Source: Bacteroidia bacterium (GTDB lineage: Bacteria; Bacteroidota; Bacteroidia; 2-12-FULL-35-15). From it: a stretch of DNA of 64,000 nt. The DNA lies in NCBI GenBank assembly GCA_039937835.1, contig JBDTFR010000012.1, positions 6,143 through 70,142 on the forward strand, written 5' to 3'. Positions within the stretch are counted from its first letter, which is position 1; each line of letters begins with the position of its first letter. Shown here piece by piece: positions 18,381 to 29,200 of the stretch. The notes below the pieces were generated by a model, which was given only the letters and a program-made list of their open reading frames with translations, had not been told where the DNA came from and ran no database searches. The position numbers and the translations under genes were made by a program.

Positions 18381-20885
18381 TTAATTGTTTTGCGCTTTAT
18401 TCAAAAATTGTTCCAAAGATAACATGTCTTTAATTAAGACCTCACGTGCTTTAGAGCCCTCAAATGGACCAATGATACCAGCCGATTCTAGTTGATCAAC
18501 TATCCTACCGGCTCTATTATACCCTAATTTTAATCTTCGTTGTAATAAAGAGGTGGATCCTTGTTGGGTAGAAACTACAATTTCAGCTGCCTGATTAAAC
18601 AAACCATCTCTTTCTGATGGATCGTCCATTTTAGCGCTTCCTTCTCCATTTTCATCCACATATTCTGGAAGTAAAAAAGCGGTAGGGTAACTACGTTGGC
18701 TACCAATAAAATCGCATATTCTATCCACTTCTGGTGTATCAACAAAAGCACACTGTATTCGTAAAAGGTCGTTTCCAGTTGATAATAACATATCTCCTCT
18801 ACCTATTAATTGGTCGGCACCACCAGAATCTAAAATAGTACGCGAGTCAATTTTAGAAGTAACTCTAAAAGCGATACGAGCAGGAAAATTGGCTTTAATT
18901 GTACCAGTAATAATATTAACTGATGGGCGTTGAGTAGCTATAATCAAATGAATTCCAATAGCTCTTGCTAATTGAGCTAAACGTGCAATGGGCGTTTCTA
19001 CTTCTTTACCTGCTGTCATTATTAAATCGGCAAACTCATCCACAACCAACACAATGTATGGTAAAAATTTATGTCCATCGTTGGGATTAAGCCTACGAGC
19101 AATAAATTTTGTATTGTATTCTTTCAAATTTCGAACCTGAGCCTCTTTTAACAAATCATATCGTTGATCCATTTCAATACAAAGTGAATTAAGAGTATGA
19201 ATCACTTTTTTAGTATCCGTTATTATCGCTTCGGCACTATCAGGTAATTTAGCTAAAAAGTGACGTTCAATTTTATTAAATAAGGTAAGTTCTACCTTTT
19301 TAGGATCCACCAATACAAACTTTATTTGTGAGGGATGTTTTTTATATAATAATGACACTAAGATTGCATTTAAACCTACAGACTTCCCTTGTCCTGTTGC
19401 TCCAGCCATTAGCAAATGAGGCATTTTTGCAAGATCTGCAATATAGGTTTCATTACTAATAGTTTTACCTAAAGCAATGGGTAAATCCATGGTAGTTGTT
19501 TTAAATTTTTCGGAAGCTAAAATGCTACGCATGGGTACCATTTCTGGATTTTGATTGGGTACTTCAATACCAATAGTGCCTTTACCAGGAATAGGTGCTA
19601 TTATCCGTATACCCAATGCAGAAAGACTTAATGCAATATCATCTTCTAAATTTTTAATCTTAGATATACGCACTCCTGCAGCAGGTATGATTTCATATAA
19701 AGTAACCGTAGGTCCCACGGTTGCTTTAATTTTTTCTATCGCAATACCATAGTCACTAAGTGTTTTTAAGATGCGGTCTTTATTTGCATTTAACTCTTCG
19801 GTGTTAATTACTAAGTCTTTTGTTCCGCCATAGTTCTCAAGTAAATCAATGGGGGGAAATTGATAGGAAGATAAATCTAAGGTAGGGTCATATTCTCCTA
19901 CTTGTTCTGTAAGTGCTGTGGCAATTTGCTCAGGGGTAAGTTCTACTTCTTTATCACCTACGTGTTCTACTGTAAATTGTACTTTATCTTCTTCTGCTGA
20001 TAATACTATTATTTCTTTATGTTCAGGGAAGGTCGTTTCTTTTACAACATCGGTCTCCTCTATATCGTTTTTTGTTAACACGATCTCTAAATCATTCTCA
20101 TCTGCAACTTCTAATCCTTCATCACTTAATATAGCTTTTTTAAATGAATTTGCTAATAAAGGTTCCTCTTCTATTATAGGATTTATAGGTTCTTCAATGA
20201 CCATGTTTTTTTTTCTCACAAAATAAAGCGGCATATTGAAGGCCGCCACCAAAAATACCATGAACGTGAAAAATAAAAATAATCCAGTACCCATAAACCC
20301 TAAAACGTTATTCATTTTAGAACTAATGGTATAACCGAATGCCCCGCCTAAATAAAATAAACTATCACTAAAAATATAGGCTAACGTAATCGATATAAAT
20401 ACCACTATAAAAAGTGAATAAATATATGCTTTGTTTATATTCAAAAATGATAAGTTGAAAGCAATTCTTAAGCCGGTGATGAATGCTAAAAAGGCAATGA
20501 GATAAGAAGATATACCAAACCATTTATATAAAAAAATATGGGATATTAATGCTCCGAATTTACCTAACCAATTTGTTACTTGAAAATCAGAAACAAATAA
20601 ATCTCCCAGTACTTTATCTTGATCTGCTTCCCAAGTAAAAAAGTAGGAAGTAAAAGCAATGGTTAAATAAACCGAAGCCAATAACAACGTTAAGCCTGCT
20701 ATCTTCTGAAATCGTTCGTTATAAAGAAAAGCAAACGCAGTGGTTACTTTTTTTTGAAAGTTAGAAGGAGGCTTTTTTGAAATTGGATTAGCTGTTGGTA
20801 TTGATTGTTCTTTTGCACCAACCTGCTCCTCTCCCCGTTCTTCTTTTAATGTGTTTTTTAAATTATTTTTTTTAGGTTGAGCCAT
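18381..20885 (-). CDS. ftsK: DNA translocase FtsK
   Basis: N-terminal 4TM domain, PHLLMAGATGQGKS, VDEFADL, ATQRPS, gamma domain STSLLQRRLKLGYNRAGR. Confidence 0.97.
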   Translation of the reverse strand: MAQPKKNNLKNTLKEERGEEQVGAKEQSIPTANPISKKPPSNFQKKVTTAFAFLYNERFQKIAGLTLLLASVYLTIAFTSYFFTWEADQDKVLGDLFVSDFQVTNWLGKFGALISHIFLYKWFGISSYLIAFLAFITGLRIAFNLSFLNINKAYIYSLFIVVFISITLAYIFSDSLFYLGGAFGYTISSKMNNVLGFMGTGLFLFFTFMVFLVAAFNMPLYFVRKKNMVIEEPINPIIEEEPLLANSFKKAILSDEGLEVADENDLEIVLTKNDIEETDVVKETTFPEHKEIIVLSAEEDKVQFTVEHVGDKEVELTPEQIATALTEQVGEYDPTLDLSSYQFPPIDLLENYGGTKDLVINTEELNANKDRILKTLSDYGIAIEKIKATVGPTVTLYEIIPAAGVRISKIKNLEDDIALSLSALGIRIIAPIPGKGTIGIEVPNQNPEMVPMRSILASEKFKTTTMDLPIALGKTISNETYIADLAKMPHLLMAGATGQGKSVGLNAILVSLLYKKHPSQIKFVLVDPKKVELTLFNKIERHFLAKLPDSAEAIITDTKKVIHTLNSLCIEMDQRYDLLKEAQVRNLKEYNTKFIARRLNPNDGHKFLPYIVLVVDEFADLIMTAGKEVETPIARLAQLARAIGIHLIIATQRPSVNIITGTIKANFPARIAFRVTSKIDSRTILDSGGADQLIGRGDMLLSTGNDLLRIQCAFVDTPEVDRICDFIGSQRSYPTAFLLPEYVDENGEGSAKMDDPSERDGLFNQAAEIVVSTQQGSTSLLQRRLKLGYNRAGRIVDQLESAGIIGPFEGSKAREVLIKDMLSLEQFLNKAQNN

Positions 20886-21037
20886 TAATATCCTTTTAAT
20901 CTACCAAAAATAGAGATTGCCTGTATCATAAACACCGCAAATGTTAAAATATTATAAACGGGTGATTGTGAATTACCTTAAAAACTATTAAAAATAGTTT
21001 GTTAAAAGCGAATAAAGATAGAATAAAGGGAGGTAAA

Positions 21038-21736
21038 TTAATTTAAATCGTTAAAAAAAGCTTTCATTTCTTTTTCAGTAACTTTTTTATAATCAGAGGG
21101 TATTTCAAATACTTTTGAATCTATTTCTATATTTTTCACTTTTTGCGCGGTAAATTTCATTTCCAACCCAAATTTTTTCATCTGATATTCCATCAATACC
21201 CCATCAATCATATTATAGCAGTTGATAAAGTTTGGTTTTTTAACATCTAATTCATTTGTATAATAAATAGCATATTCTGCCTCATTCTTTTTCTTAGGTT
21301 TTATCTTTACCTTTTTACACAGATAACCTGCTATTAATTTAGTTTCATTTGTTGGAATAACTTCTAATCCACAGTTTTCATTTTCTTTTATAACATCTTC
21401 TCTACTTTGAGTAAGCATGAATTTCTTGTTAAGAAATTTAACCAATTGTGTAATTGATTTTTTAGGTGGGTCGGAAATGAATGAAGTGGTAAAAAGCCCC
21501 ATTCCCGCATTCATTTCAAAACATATCTTATCATCTTTAAATTTAATAGTCATTTTATCAGGAGCTAAACTTGCCATGGGGTTTTCTCTATCCATTACAA
21601 AAGCATCATATTCTATTTCTCCTTCTGAAATAAAACGCTCATTTTTAGGCTTACAAGCCGTTACAAGCAATAAAAACAAACTAGATATTAATAAAAATTT
21701 TTTACCCATACATCTCAAATTAAACCAAACTATCAC
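21038..21736 (-). CDS. GLPGLI/DUF4412-like lipoprotein
   Basis: Lipobox VTAC (likely start MGKK); EGEIEY, TNETKLIAGYLCKK, FEIPSDYK. Confidence 0.7.
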   Translation of the reverse strand: MIVWFNLRCMGKKFLLISSLFLLLVTACKPKNERFISEGEIEYDAFVMDRENPMASLAPDKMTIKFKDDKICFEMNAGMGLFTTSFISDPPKKSITQLVKFLNKKFMLTQSREDVIKENENCGLEVIPTNETKLIAGYLCKKVKIKPKKKNEAEYAIYYTNELDVKKPNFINCYNMIDGVLMEYQMKKFGLEMKFTAQKVKNIEIDSKVFEIPSDYKKVTEKEMKAFFNDLN

Positions 21737-21818
21737 TTTTTAAAAATATAATATAGATGTTAAAATACTAAATTATCTATAAAAGAATAATTAAAATACC
21801 TCCATTTTGTCCTTCATT

Positions 21819-23216
21819 TCAATAACCTAAGGTTTTTAACATTGATTTATAACTTTGTTCTTTTGCAAATAAACGGGTTGATATTTCATTGTCTTCATTT
21901 TTTGAAATAATGATATGCTTAGGTGCTGGTATTAAACAATGTTGAATGCCTCCATATCCACCTAAGGATTCTTGATAGGCCCCAGTATGAAAGAAGCCTA
22001 CTATTAAAGGTTTTTTTTGCTTTTCTACTGCAATTGGCATGTATACTTGATTAAGATGAGATTCCGCATTATAATAGTCATCACTATCACAAGTTAAGCC
22101 TCCTAAATTTACACGTTGATACTCTTTATCCCAATGGTTAACAGCTAACAATATAAATTTTTGCTTTATTCCCCAAGTATCTGGTAATGTGGTAATAAAT
22201 GAACTATCTATCATATACCACAGCTCATTATCATTTTGCTTTTTTATATCTACAATAGAATATAATGCAGCACCGCTTTCACCTACAGTAAAACTGCCAA
22301 ATTCGGTAAAAATATTAGGCTCTTCTATTTCTCGCTCTTCACATATATTTTTTATTTTTTGAATTATCTCATCTGCCATATATGCATAATCGTAATTAAA
22401 ACCCAATGAGGTTCTAATAGGAAACCCGCCGCCTATATCAAGTGAATCTAGCGTAGGACAGACTTTTTTTAATTCGCAATAAATATCAATGCATTTTGTT
22501 AATTCTGACCAATAATAAGTGGTGTCTTTAATACCAGTATTTATAAAAAAGTGAAGCATTTTAAGCTCGCATTTTGTGCTTTTTTGTATACTACTTTTAT
22601 AATATTGAATTACATCTGCTTGTCTAATTCCTAATCGAGAAGTGTAAAATTCGAACTTTGGTTCTTCATCTGTAGCTACACGAATGCCGATTTTAAATTT
22701 TTTTCTGCAAATTTTTTCTAGCTGAGGTAATTCATTTTTATTATCTAAAATAGGGATAGCATTTACAAATCCATCGTTTACCAATTCACTTATGTATTTT
22801 AAATAGGTAGGTCGTTTATAGCCATTATTAATAATGTACGTATCTTTAGTTATTTTACCAGAATTATAAAGGTTTCTGATAATGGGGATATCAAAAGCAG
22901 AAGACGTTTCTAAATGGATATCATTTTCTAATGCTTCTTCGAGTACAAATGAGAAATGAGAACTCTTGGTACAATAACAATATGTATATTTGCCTTTATA
23001 ATCAGCTCTTGCCATGGCCACATTAAATAATTTTTTGGCTTTTTGAATTTGAGCACTAATTTTTGGTAAATAGGATATTTTTAATGGAGTTCCATACTTT
23101 TTTATAATGTCCATTAAAGGTATATCATAAAAATGAAGGTTATTATCTATTACATTAAAACCTTCTTGTGGAAAATCAAATGTTTGTTCAATTAAATCGC
23201 GATAGCTGTTATTCAT
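21819..23216 (-). CDS. speA: Short alanine-racemase-fold basic amino acid decarboxylase (usually annotated arginine decarboxylase)
   Basis: YCYCTKSS (PLP lysine), HFF, DIGGGF, EFG, TCDSDD, GAYQESLGG. Confidence 0.8.
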   Translation of the reverse strand: MNNSYRDLIEQTFDFPQEGFNVIDNNLHFYDIPLMDIIKKYGTPLKISYLPKISAQIQKAKKLFNVAMARADYKGKYTYCYCTKSSHFSFVLEEALENDIHLETSSAFDIPIIRNLYNSGKITKDTYIINNGYKRPTYLKYISELVNDGFVNAIPILDNKNELPQLEKICRKKFKIGIRVATDEEPKFEFYTSRLGIRQADVIQYYKSSIQKSTKCELKMLHFFINTGIKDTTYYWSELTKCIDIYCELKKVCPTLDSLDIGGGFPIRTSLGFNYDYAYMADEIIQKIKNICEEREIEEPNIFTEFGSFTVGESGAALYSIVDIKKQNDNELWYMIDSSFITTLPDTWGIKQKFILLAVNHWDKEYQRVNLGGLTCDSDDYYNAESHLNQVYMPIAVEKQKKPLIVGFFHTGAYQESLGGYGGIQHCLIPAPKHIIISKNEDNEISTRLFAKEQSYKSMLKTLGY

Positions 23217-23349
23217 TTAAATGGTATTAAACAATAATTAAAAAAATTTTACAAATGTAAGTAACTTACTTTGATTTTATATTCATATTGTAATGAACTT
23301 ACATTTAAAAAAATATTCAGCATCATCATATTAAAACTAATAATCATTT

Positions 23350-24294
23350 ATGAAAACAGTTAAATTTATTGAAGTAAAATCAGAACTAGGTGCTGGCACA
23401 AGAGGTGCTAGCATGGGAATAGATGCTATTAAAATTGCGGCACTAGATTACGGTAACTCGCTTTTTAATAAAATAGAATCGATTGAAATAAAAACCGACA
23501 ATAATCTACTATTTGAACCCATTAATACACCTTATGCAAAACGCATTAGCGGTATTTTAACTATTTACGAACGTTTAGCCTTACAGGTTTCACAAACGTT
23601 AAAGAAAAATAATTTTCCTATTGTGTTAGCTGGCGATCACAGTACCGCAGGTGGTACAATAGCTGGTATCAGACAAGCATATCCAAAACAAAAATTGGGC
23701 GTAATATGGATTGATGCGCATGCTGATTTGCACAGCCCTTACACAACACCTACAGGAAATATACATGGTATGCCACTGGCTGCTTCTTTAGCGGAAGATA
23801 ATATTACTAATAAAATGAATAAACCCAATAAAGAAACAGTTGAGCTTTGGAATAAACTTAAAAAGGTGGGAGGTATTACTCCAAAAATAACTTATAAGGA
23901 TTTGGTTTATATAGCTGTACGTGATATTGAACCCGAGGAAACTTTCTTAATAAAAAAGAATAAAATTAAAACATTTACAACAGCAGAAGTACGCCGCAAC
24001 GGGGTGGAAAAAATTTCTAGAGAAGCGTTGGCTCATTTAAGTCATTGCAGTTTAATTTATATTTCATTCGATGTTGATTGTATGGATTCTTCAATCTCAA
24101 AAGGTACGGGTACGCCGGTAAGAAATGGTATCACGGAGAAAGAGGCCGGAAGTCTATGTGTTCGTTTAGTACAAAATGAAAAAGTATGTTGCTTTGAAAT
24201 TTGTGAAGTAAATCCCACTTTAGATAAACAAAATCTGATGGCTGAAAACACCTTAGAAATACTTCAAAAAGTAGTAAGTCAAATTACTTATTAA
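23350..24294 (+). CDS. rocF: Arginase
   Basis: GDHS, DAHAD, TGNIHGMP (arginase-type loop), SFDVD, EVNP. Confidence 0.9.
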   Translation: MKTVKFIEVKSELGAGTRGASMGIDAIKIAALDYGNSLFNKIESIEIKTDNNLLFEPINTPYAKRISGILTIYERLALQVSQTLKKNNFPIVLAGDHSTAGGTIAGIRQAYPKQKLGVIWIDAHADLHSPYTTPTGNIHGMPLAASLAEDNITNKMNKPNKETVELWNKLKKVGGITPKITYKDLVYIAVRDIEPEETFLIKKNKIKTFTTAEVRRNGVEKISREALAHLSHCSLIYISFDVDCMDSSISKGTGTPVRNGITEKEAGSLCVRLVQNEKVCCFEICEVNPTLDKQNLMAENTLEILQKVVSQITY

Positions 24295-24372
24295 GTTTTT
24301 GCATAAAACAAATCAGTAAAAAATATATATTCTTATTTTTCTAATTCTGCCTTTTTATCGATTAACTAGTTT

Positions 24373-26160
24373 ATGAGCATAGAACAAATTCTTTCAAGAA
24401 AAACAATTGAAGCAATAAAATCATTATATGGCACAGAAATAAGTAAAGTTGTTTTTGAAAAAACGAACTCGGATTTTAAAGGTGATTTAACATTAGTGGT
24501 ATTTGCTTTTTTAAAGATTTCAAAAAAAAATCCACAAGAGACAGCCACAGAAATTGGTAATTATTTAAAATCAAACGTTAGGGAAATATCAGATTTTAAT
24601 GTAGTAAAAGGTTTTTTAAATATTGTTATTGATGATGCTTTTTGGCTTCAATATTTAAACAGTATTATTGATAAACCATTTATTAATACTTGTATATCTG
24701 AAAATGCACCAACGATAATGGTAGAGTATTCATCGCCAAATACTAATAAACCACTACACCTCGGTCACGTTAGAAATAATTTATTAGGGTATTCCGTAGC
24801 TGAAATATTAAAAGCAGCAGGTAATAAAGTACTAAAAGTAAATATCGTGAACGATCGAGGTATTCATATTTGCAAAAGCATGTTGGGTTGGCAAAAATGG
24901 GGTAATAATGAAACACCTGAATCATCTGGAAAAAAAGGAGATCATTTAGTCGGAGAATATTATGTAGCGTTTGATAAACAATATAAAATTGAAATTGCAA
25001 CGTTGGTGCAACAAGGTAAAACAAAAGAAGAAGCTGAAAAACAAGCTCCATTAATTTTGCAGGCTCAGGAAATGTTGCTAAAATGGGAAAAAAATGATGC
25101 TGATACTCGTACCTTATGGAAAGAAATGAACGATTGGGTATATAAGGGTTTTGATATAACCTATAAAATGTTGGGCGTGGATTTTGACAAACTTTACTAT
25201 GAAAGTAATACTTATATATTAGGAAAAGATATTATTGATCAAGGTCTTACCAAAGAAGTTCTTAAGCGAAGAGCAGATAATTCTATCTACGCTGATTTAA
25301 CAGATGAAGGGTTAGATGAAAAGACATTATTACGAGGTGATGGCACTTCAGTATACATGACACAGGATTTAGGAACTGCTTTAAAACGCTATGAAGAAGA
25401 CCATTTTGATAAATTAATATACGTGGTTGCTAATGAGCAAGATTATCATTTTAAAGTATTATTTCTGATTTTAAAAAAATTAGGTTATAAATGGGCAGAT
25501 GGGTTATTTCATTTGTCTTATGGAATGGTGGAGCTACCTCAAGGTAAAATGAAATCAAGAGAAGGAACCGTGGTAGATGCTGACGATCTTATGCAAGAGA
25601 TGATTGCTGCAGCAGAAGTTACAGCAAAACAGCTTGGTAAAGCAACTGATTTAAATGAAACAGATGCGCAACAATTATATAAAACAATAGGACTTGGAGC
25701 ATTGAAATACTTTATGCTTAAAGTGGATCCCAAAAAGAAAATGTTATTTAATCCAGAAGAATCAATCGATTTTAATGGTAACACGGCTCCTTTTATTCAA
25801 TTTAATTATGTTCGAATACAGGCGCTATTGCGTAAAGCTGCAGATAGTAAAATCTTATTACAAAAAGAATTACCATTTCAAAATCAACCATTATTAGCTA
25901 AAGAAAAAGAATTAATTATAAACTTATATCATTTTAATCATACGCTTAAACAAGCTGCTGCTGAGTATAGTCCCGCACTAATTGCAAATTATGTGTATGA
26001 GTTAGCAAAAGAATATAGTCAATATTATCATGATACCCCTATATTAAAAGAAGCACAAAATGATGTACTTCTATTTCGTTTAACGCTTTCAAAAACAATT
26101 GGTAGCGCTATTAAATCAGCAATGGGATTATTGGGTATTGAAGTACCTGAACGAATGTAA
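24373..26160 (+). CDS. argS: Arginyl-tRNA synthetase
   Basis: EYSSPNTNKPLHLGH, KMKSREG, GNTAPFIQ, C-terminal ERM. Confidence 0.98.
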   Translation: MSIEQILSRKTIEAIKSLYGTEISKVVFEKTNSDFKGDLTLVVFAFLKISKKNPQETATEIGNYLKSNVREISDFNVVKGFLNIVIDDAFWLQYLNSIIDKPFINTCISENAPTIMVEYSSPNTNKPLHLGHVRNNLLGYSVAEILKAAGNKVLKVNIVNDRGIHICKSMLGWQKWGNNETPESSGKKGDHLVGEYYVAFDKQYKIEIATLVQQGKTKEEAEKQAPLILQAQEMLLKWEKNDADTRTLWKEMNDWVYKGFDITYKMLGVDFDKLYYESNTYILGKDIIDQGLTKEVLKRRADNSIYADLTDEGLDEKTLLRGDGTSVYMTQDLGTALKRYEEDHFDKLIYVVANEQDYHFKVLFLILKKLGYKWADGLFHLSYGMVELPQGKMKSREGTVVDADDLMQEMIAAAEVTAKQLGKATDLNETDAQQLYKTIGLGALKYFMLKVDPKKKMLFNPEESIDFNGNTAPFIQFNYVRIQALLRKAADSKILLQKELPFQNQPLLAKEKELIINLYHFNHTLKQAAAEYSPALIANYVYELAKEYSQYYHDTPILKEAQNDVLLFRLTLSKTIGSAIKSAMGLLGIEVPERM

Positions 26161-26176
26161 AAAGTTTATAAAAGTA

Positions 26177-26226
26177 ATAAGCCGCAATAATAAAGATGGT
26201 GGAAAATCTTTATTTATGCGGCTTAT
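26177..26226. terminator. Bidirectional terminator hairpin
   Basis: ataagccgca...aataaagat / atctttatt...tgcggcttat between convergent genes. Confidence 0.7.
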
Positions 26227-26271
26227 ACTCTCTCTAACTAAACTACTAACTATAAAAGCTCTCTATTAATT

Positions 26272-29200
26272 CTATTTTATTAAGGTAACTATACCTTTGT
26301 AATCGTGTATTTTTCCGATTATATCTATCACTCTAACTTTCCATACATACACATCTTGTAAACACCCCGCACTACCATCTATAATATTATCTGTTGAAGA
26401 GGTCGTTCCCCCATCCCAACCTTCGTCTATATCTTCTGTATTAAATATAATATTTCCCCATCTATCATATATCCAAAAATTATATTTTTTAATCCCAATC
26501 CCTCTGCCTAAGAATACATCATTTAAACCATCGTCATTAGGCGAAAATGCGTTGGGTATATAAAAAGTAAACTCTGGATGAATTACAATTTCATGTGATA
26601 TACTATCTACACAGCCATCTGCATTTTTAACTAATAAAGTTGCTAAATAAGTCGCTGGCGTTTTTGGAAGATACAGATGAACAGGGTTCGCAGTTAAAGA
26701 ATCTACTTCAGCACCATCACCAAAAGTGTAATGCCAATAAACTACATCTTTAGATGATTGATTTAATAACGTAACCTTTGTATCCAATATGGTTGTTGGA
26801 TTAGGACTTGCAAAAAATTCTGCTTTTGGTTTTTGAAAAATTTCAACCAATTTAGGTTTCATTAAATTGCTTTTGCAACCATGATTAGAAATAGCGGTTA
26901 CTGTTATATCATATACACCAGATTGAGTGTAGCAATGAGTAACCTTTTTACCTTTTCCATTTGGCGAAGTATCTCCAAAATTCCATTCCCATGAAACAAT
27001 ATCACCTCCACTAACAGTTGTAGAATCATAAAAGTTTACACATTTCCCTAGACATCCATTCGGGGCATCTATCGCAAATTTTACAATAGGGTCTTTATAA
27101 AAACTAATTAAGACATCAGATGAAGCAATTGTGCATGAACCAACTGGATCATCTGTGGTTAGCGTCAATTTTACAAACCCAGCTGTACATTCTGTCTTCG
27201 TTGGAGTATAAAGTGCTTGTAAACTAGTATTACTTGGATTATACGTTCCTGCACCCCCACTCCATTTTCCAACAGTTGCAGCACCACCAATACTACCATT
27301 TAATTTAATGGCAGACCCCATACACAAACTTTGATTAGAGCCAGCATTAGCAGTTGCCAATGCATTTACTAGAACATTTACTGTATCTGTTGAACTACAG
27401 CTCGTTAATGAATTTGTTGTTTTTAGCACATACACCGATGTAATAGGCGAACTACCTCCATTGGTTAATGATACAGAAGGGTTAGCGATACTATTATTGC
27501 TTAAACCTTTTGCAAACGTATTGTCTAGAAGTTGCCATAAGTAAGTATAATCAATTACAGGGCTAGTACCTAAAATGGAAGAAGCTCCAGTGCATAATTC
27601 CACATCTGCACCTGCATTGGCAATAGGTGGTGTATTTATTTTTACTGTTATTGGTCTTATATCTACACAATTGGTGTTGATTGCTTTTATAAAATAAGTA
27701 CCACTTGCATTTATAGCTGTCGGGTTTATTAATGGGATAGTTGCTAATGCATCGACCCAATATGATAAAGTACCACCACCAGTACTGCCTGCGGTAATAA
27801 TAGCGGTAGTAATATTAGCCGTATTGGGATAACAGATAGGTAGAGGATTTATTATATTTAAAACGGGCTGTGGATTGATGGTTACTTTGATATCATCAAC
27901 AGATTTACAATTAGTAATACTGTTTGTTACAGTTAAAGTATATAAAAATAATTCTGGTACAGTTTTATTATTTGTAATTGTAACAGAAGGGTTAGAAATC
28001 TGCGAGTCGCTAAGTCCCGTAATGGGTGACCAGCTGTATAATTGATTAACAATAGCATCTGCGCCGATTTTACCCGTTGTTTGTCCAGAACAAGTTGCTA
28101 AATCAAAACCTGCATCAGCAATCGGTAATGAATGAATGGTTACAATTACAGGTTTAATATCTGAGCAGCCGCCTAGTGAAGTTATTTTAATGTAATAAGT
28201 ACCACTTGCTTTTATTGCATTTGGTGCTATTAAGGTGTTGGTAGCATTTGCATTTGTCCAATAGGAAAATGTTCCTCCTCCAGTACTACCTAATGTTATA
28301 GATGCAACAGTTATATCTACCGTATTAGGGAAACAAACTGCAGGAGGATTTGTTATGGAGAGCACCGGAATAGGATCAATAATAACTGTTACTGGTTGAA
28401 TATCTACACAACCTAAAGATGACACTGCTTTAATATAATAAGTACCCCCTACACTAAGCATATTTGGGTTATTTAATACAACGGTACAACCTAAATCCCT
28501 CCAATAGGATATGCTGTTAATATTAGTACTTCCAGCTGTTGTTGCTTTAGTTGTTATATCTATCTTAATAGGTGAACATACAGCATTGGGATTCGTAATT
28601 AAGAGGGCCGGCCCCGGATCTACAATTACATCTTTAGTGATAGTGGCCTCACATGGACCTTGCATAATTGTCAGTTTTACAGGGTATATGCCTTGTTTTG
28701 GAAATGAGTAAAGAGGATTTTGATCATTTTTATCTTCAATACCATCATTTGTAAAATCCCAAGACCAAGATGTTATAGCACCAGTTGGAGTTGATTTATC
28801 TACAAATTTCATTGGTAAATTAGAGCATGTTGGTAAATTAGAGAAAAATGCAGTTGGTAAATTAACTACCCCTGTTATAATGGTGTCTATATTAAAGACA
28901 CAAAATTTACCTCCATTACCCACCACTGTCATAGCAACGCTGTACTTACCTGGTTTATTAATTACAATTGAACTGCTATCCACAGCAGATATAATGCCTG
29001 GGCCAGTCCATAGATAAGAATATACACCTGATGGAGCGATTAAAACGGCAGTATCTACACCGCAAATAAACGGCTTGGTGGTAATGGCTTTAAATGGAGA
29101 ACAATCTACCGCTAAATAAGCGTATCCAAAATGACCAGCTGCATTACAATCACTCGACTCAAATTGTATGGTTACTTGTTGTCCTATATAATTTATTAAA

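Noticed and set aside
23350-24294. Agmatinase (speB) call based on adjacency to a speA-like gene
   Set aside because: The TPTGNIHGMP loop and the N-terminal GAGTRGASMG pattern are arginase-type.
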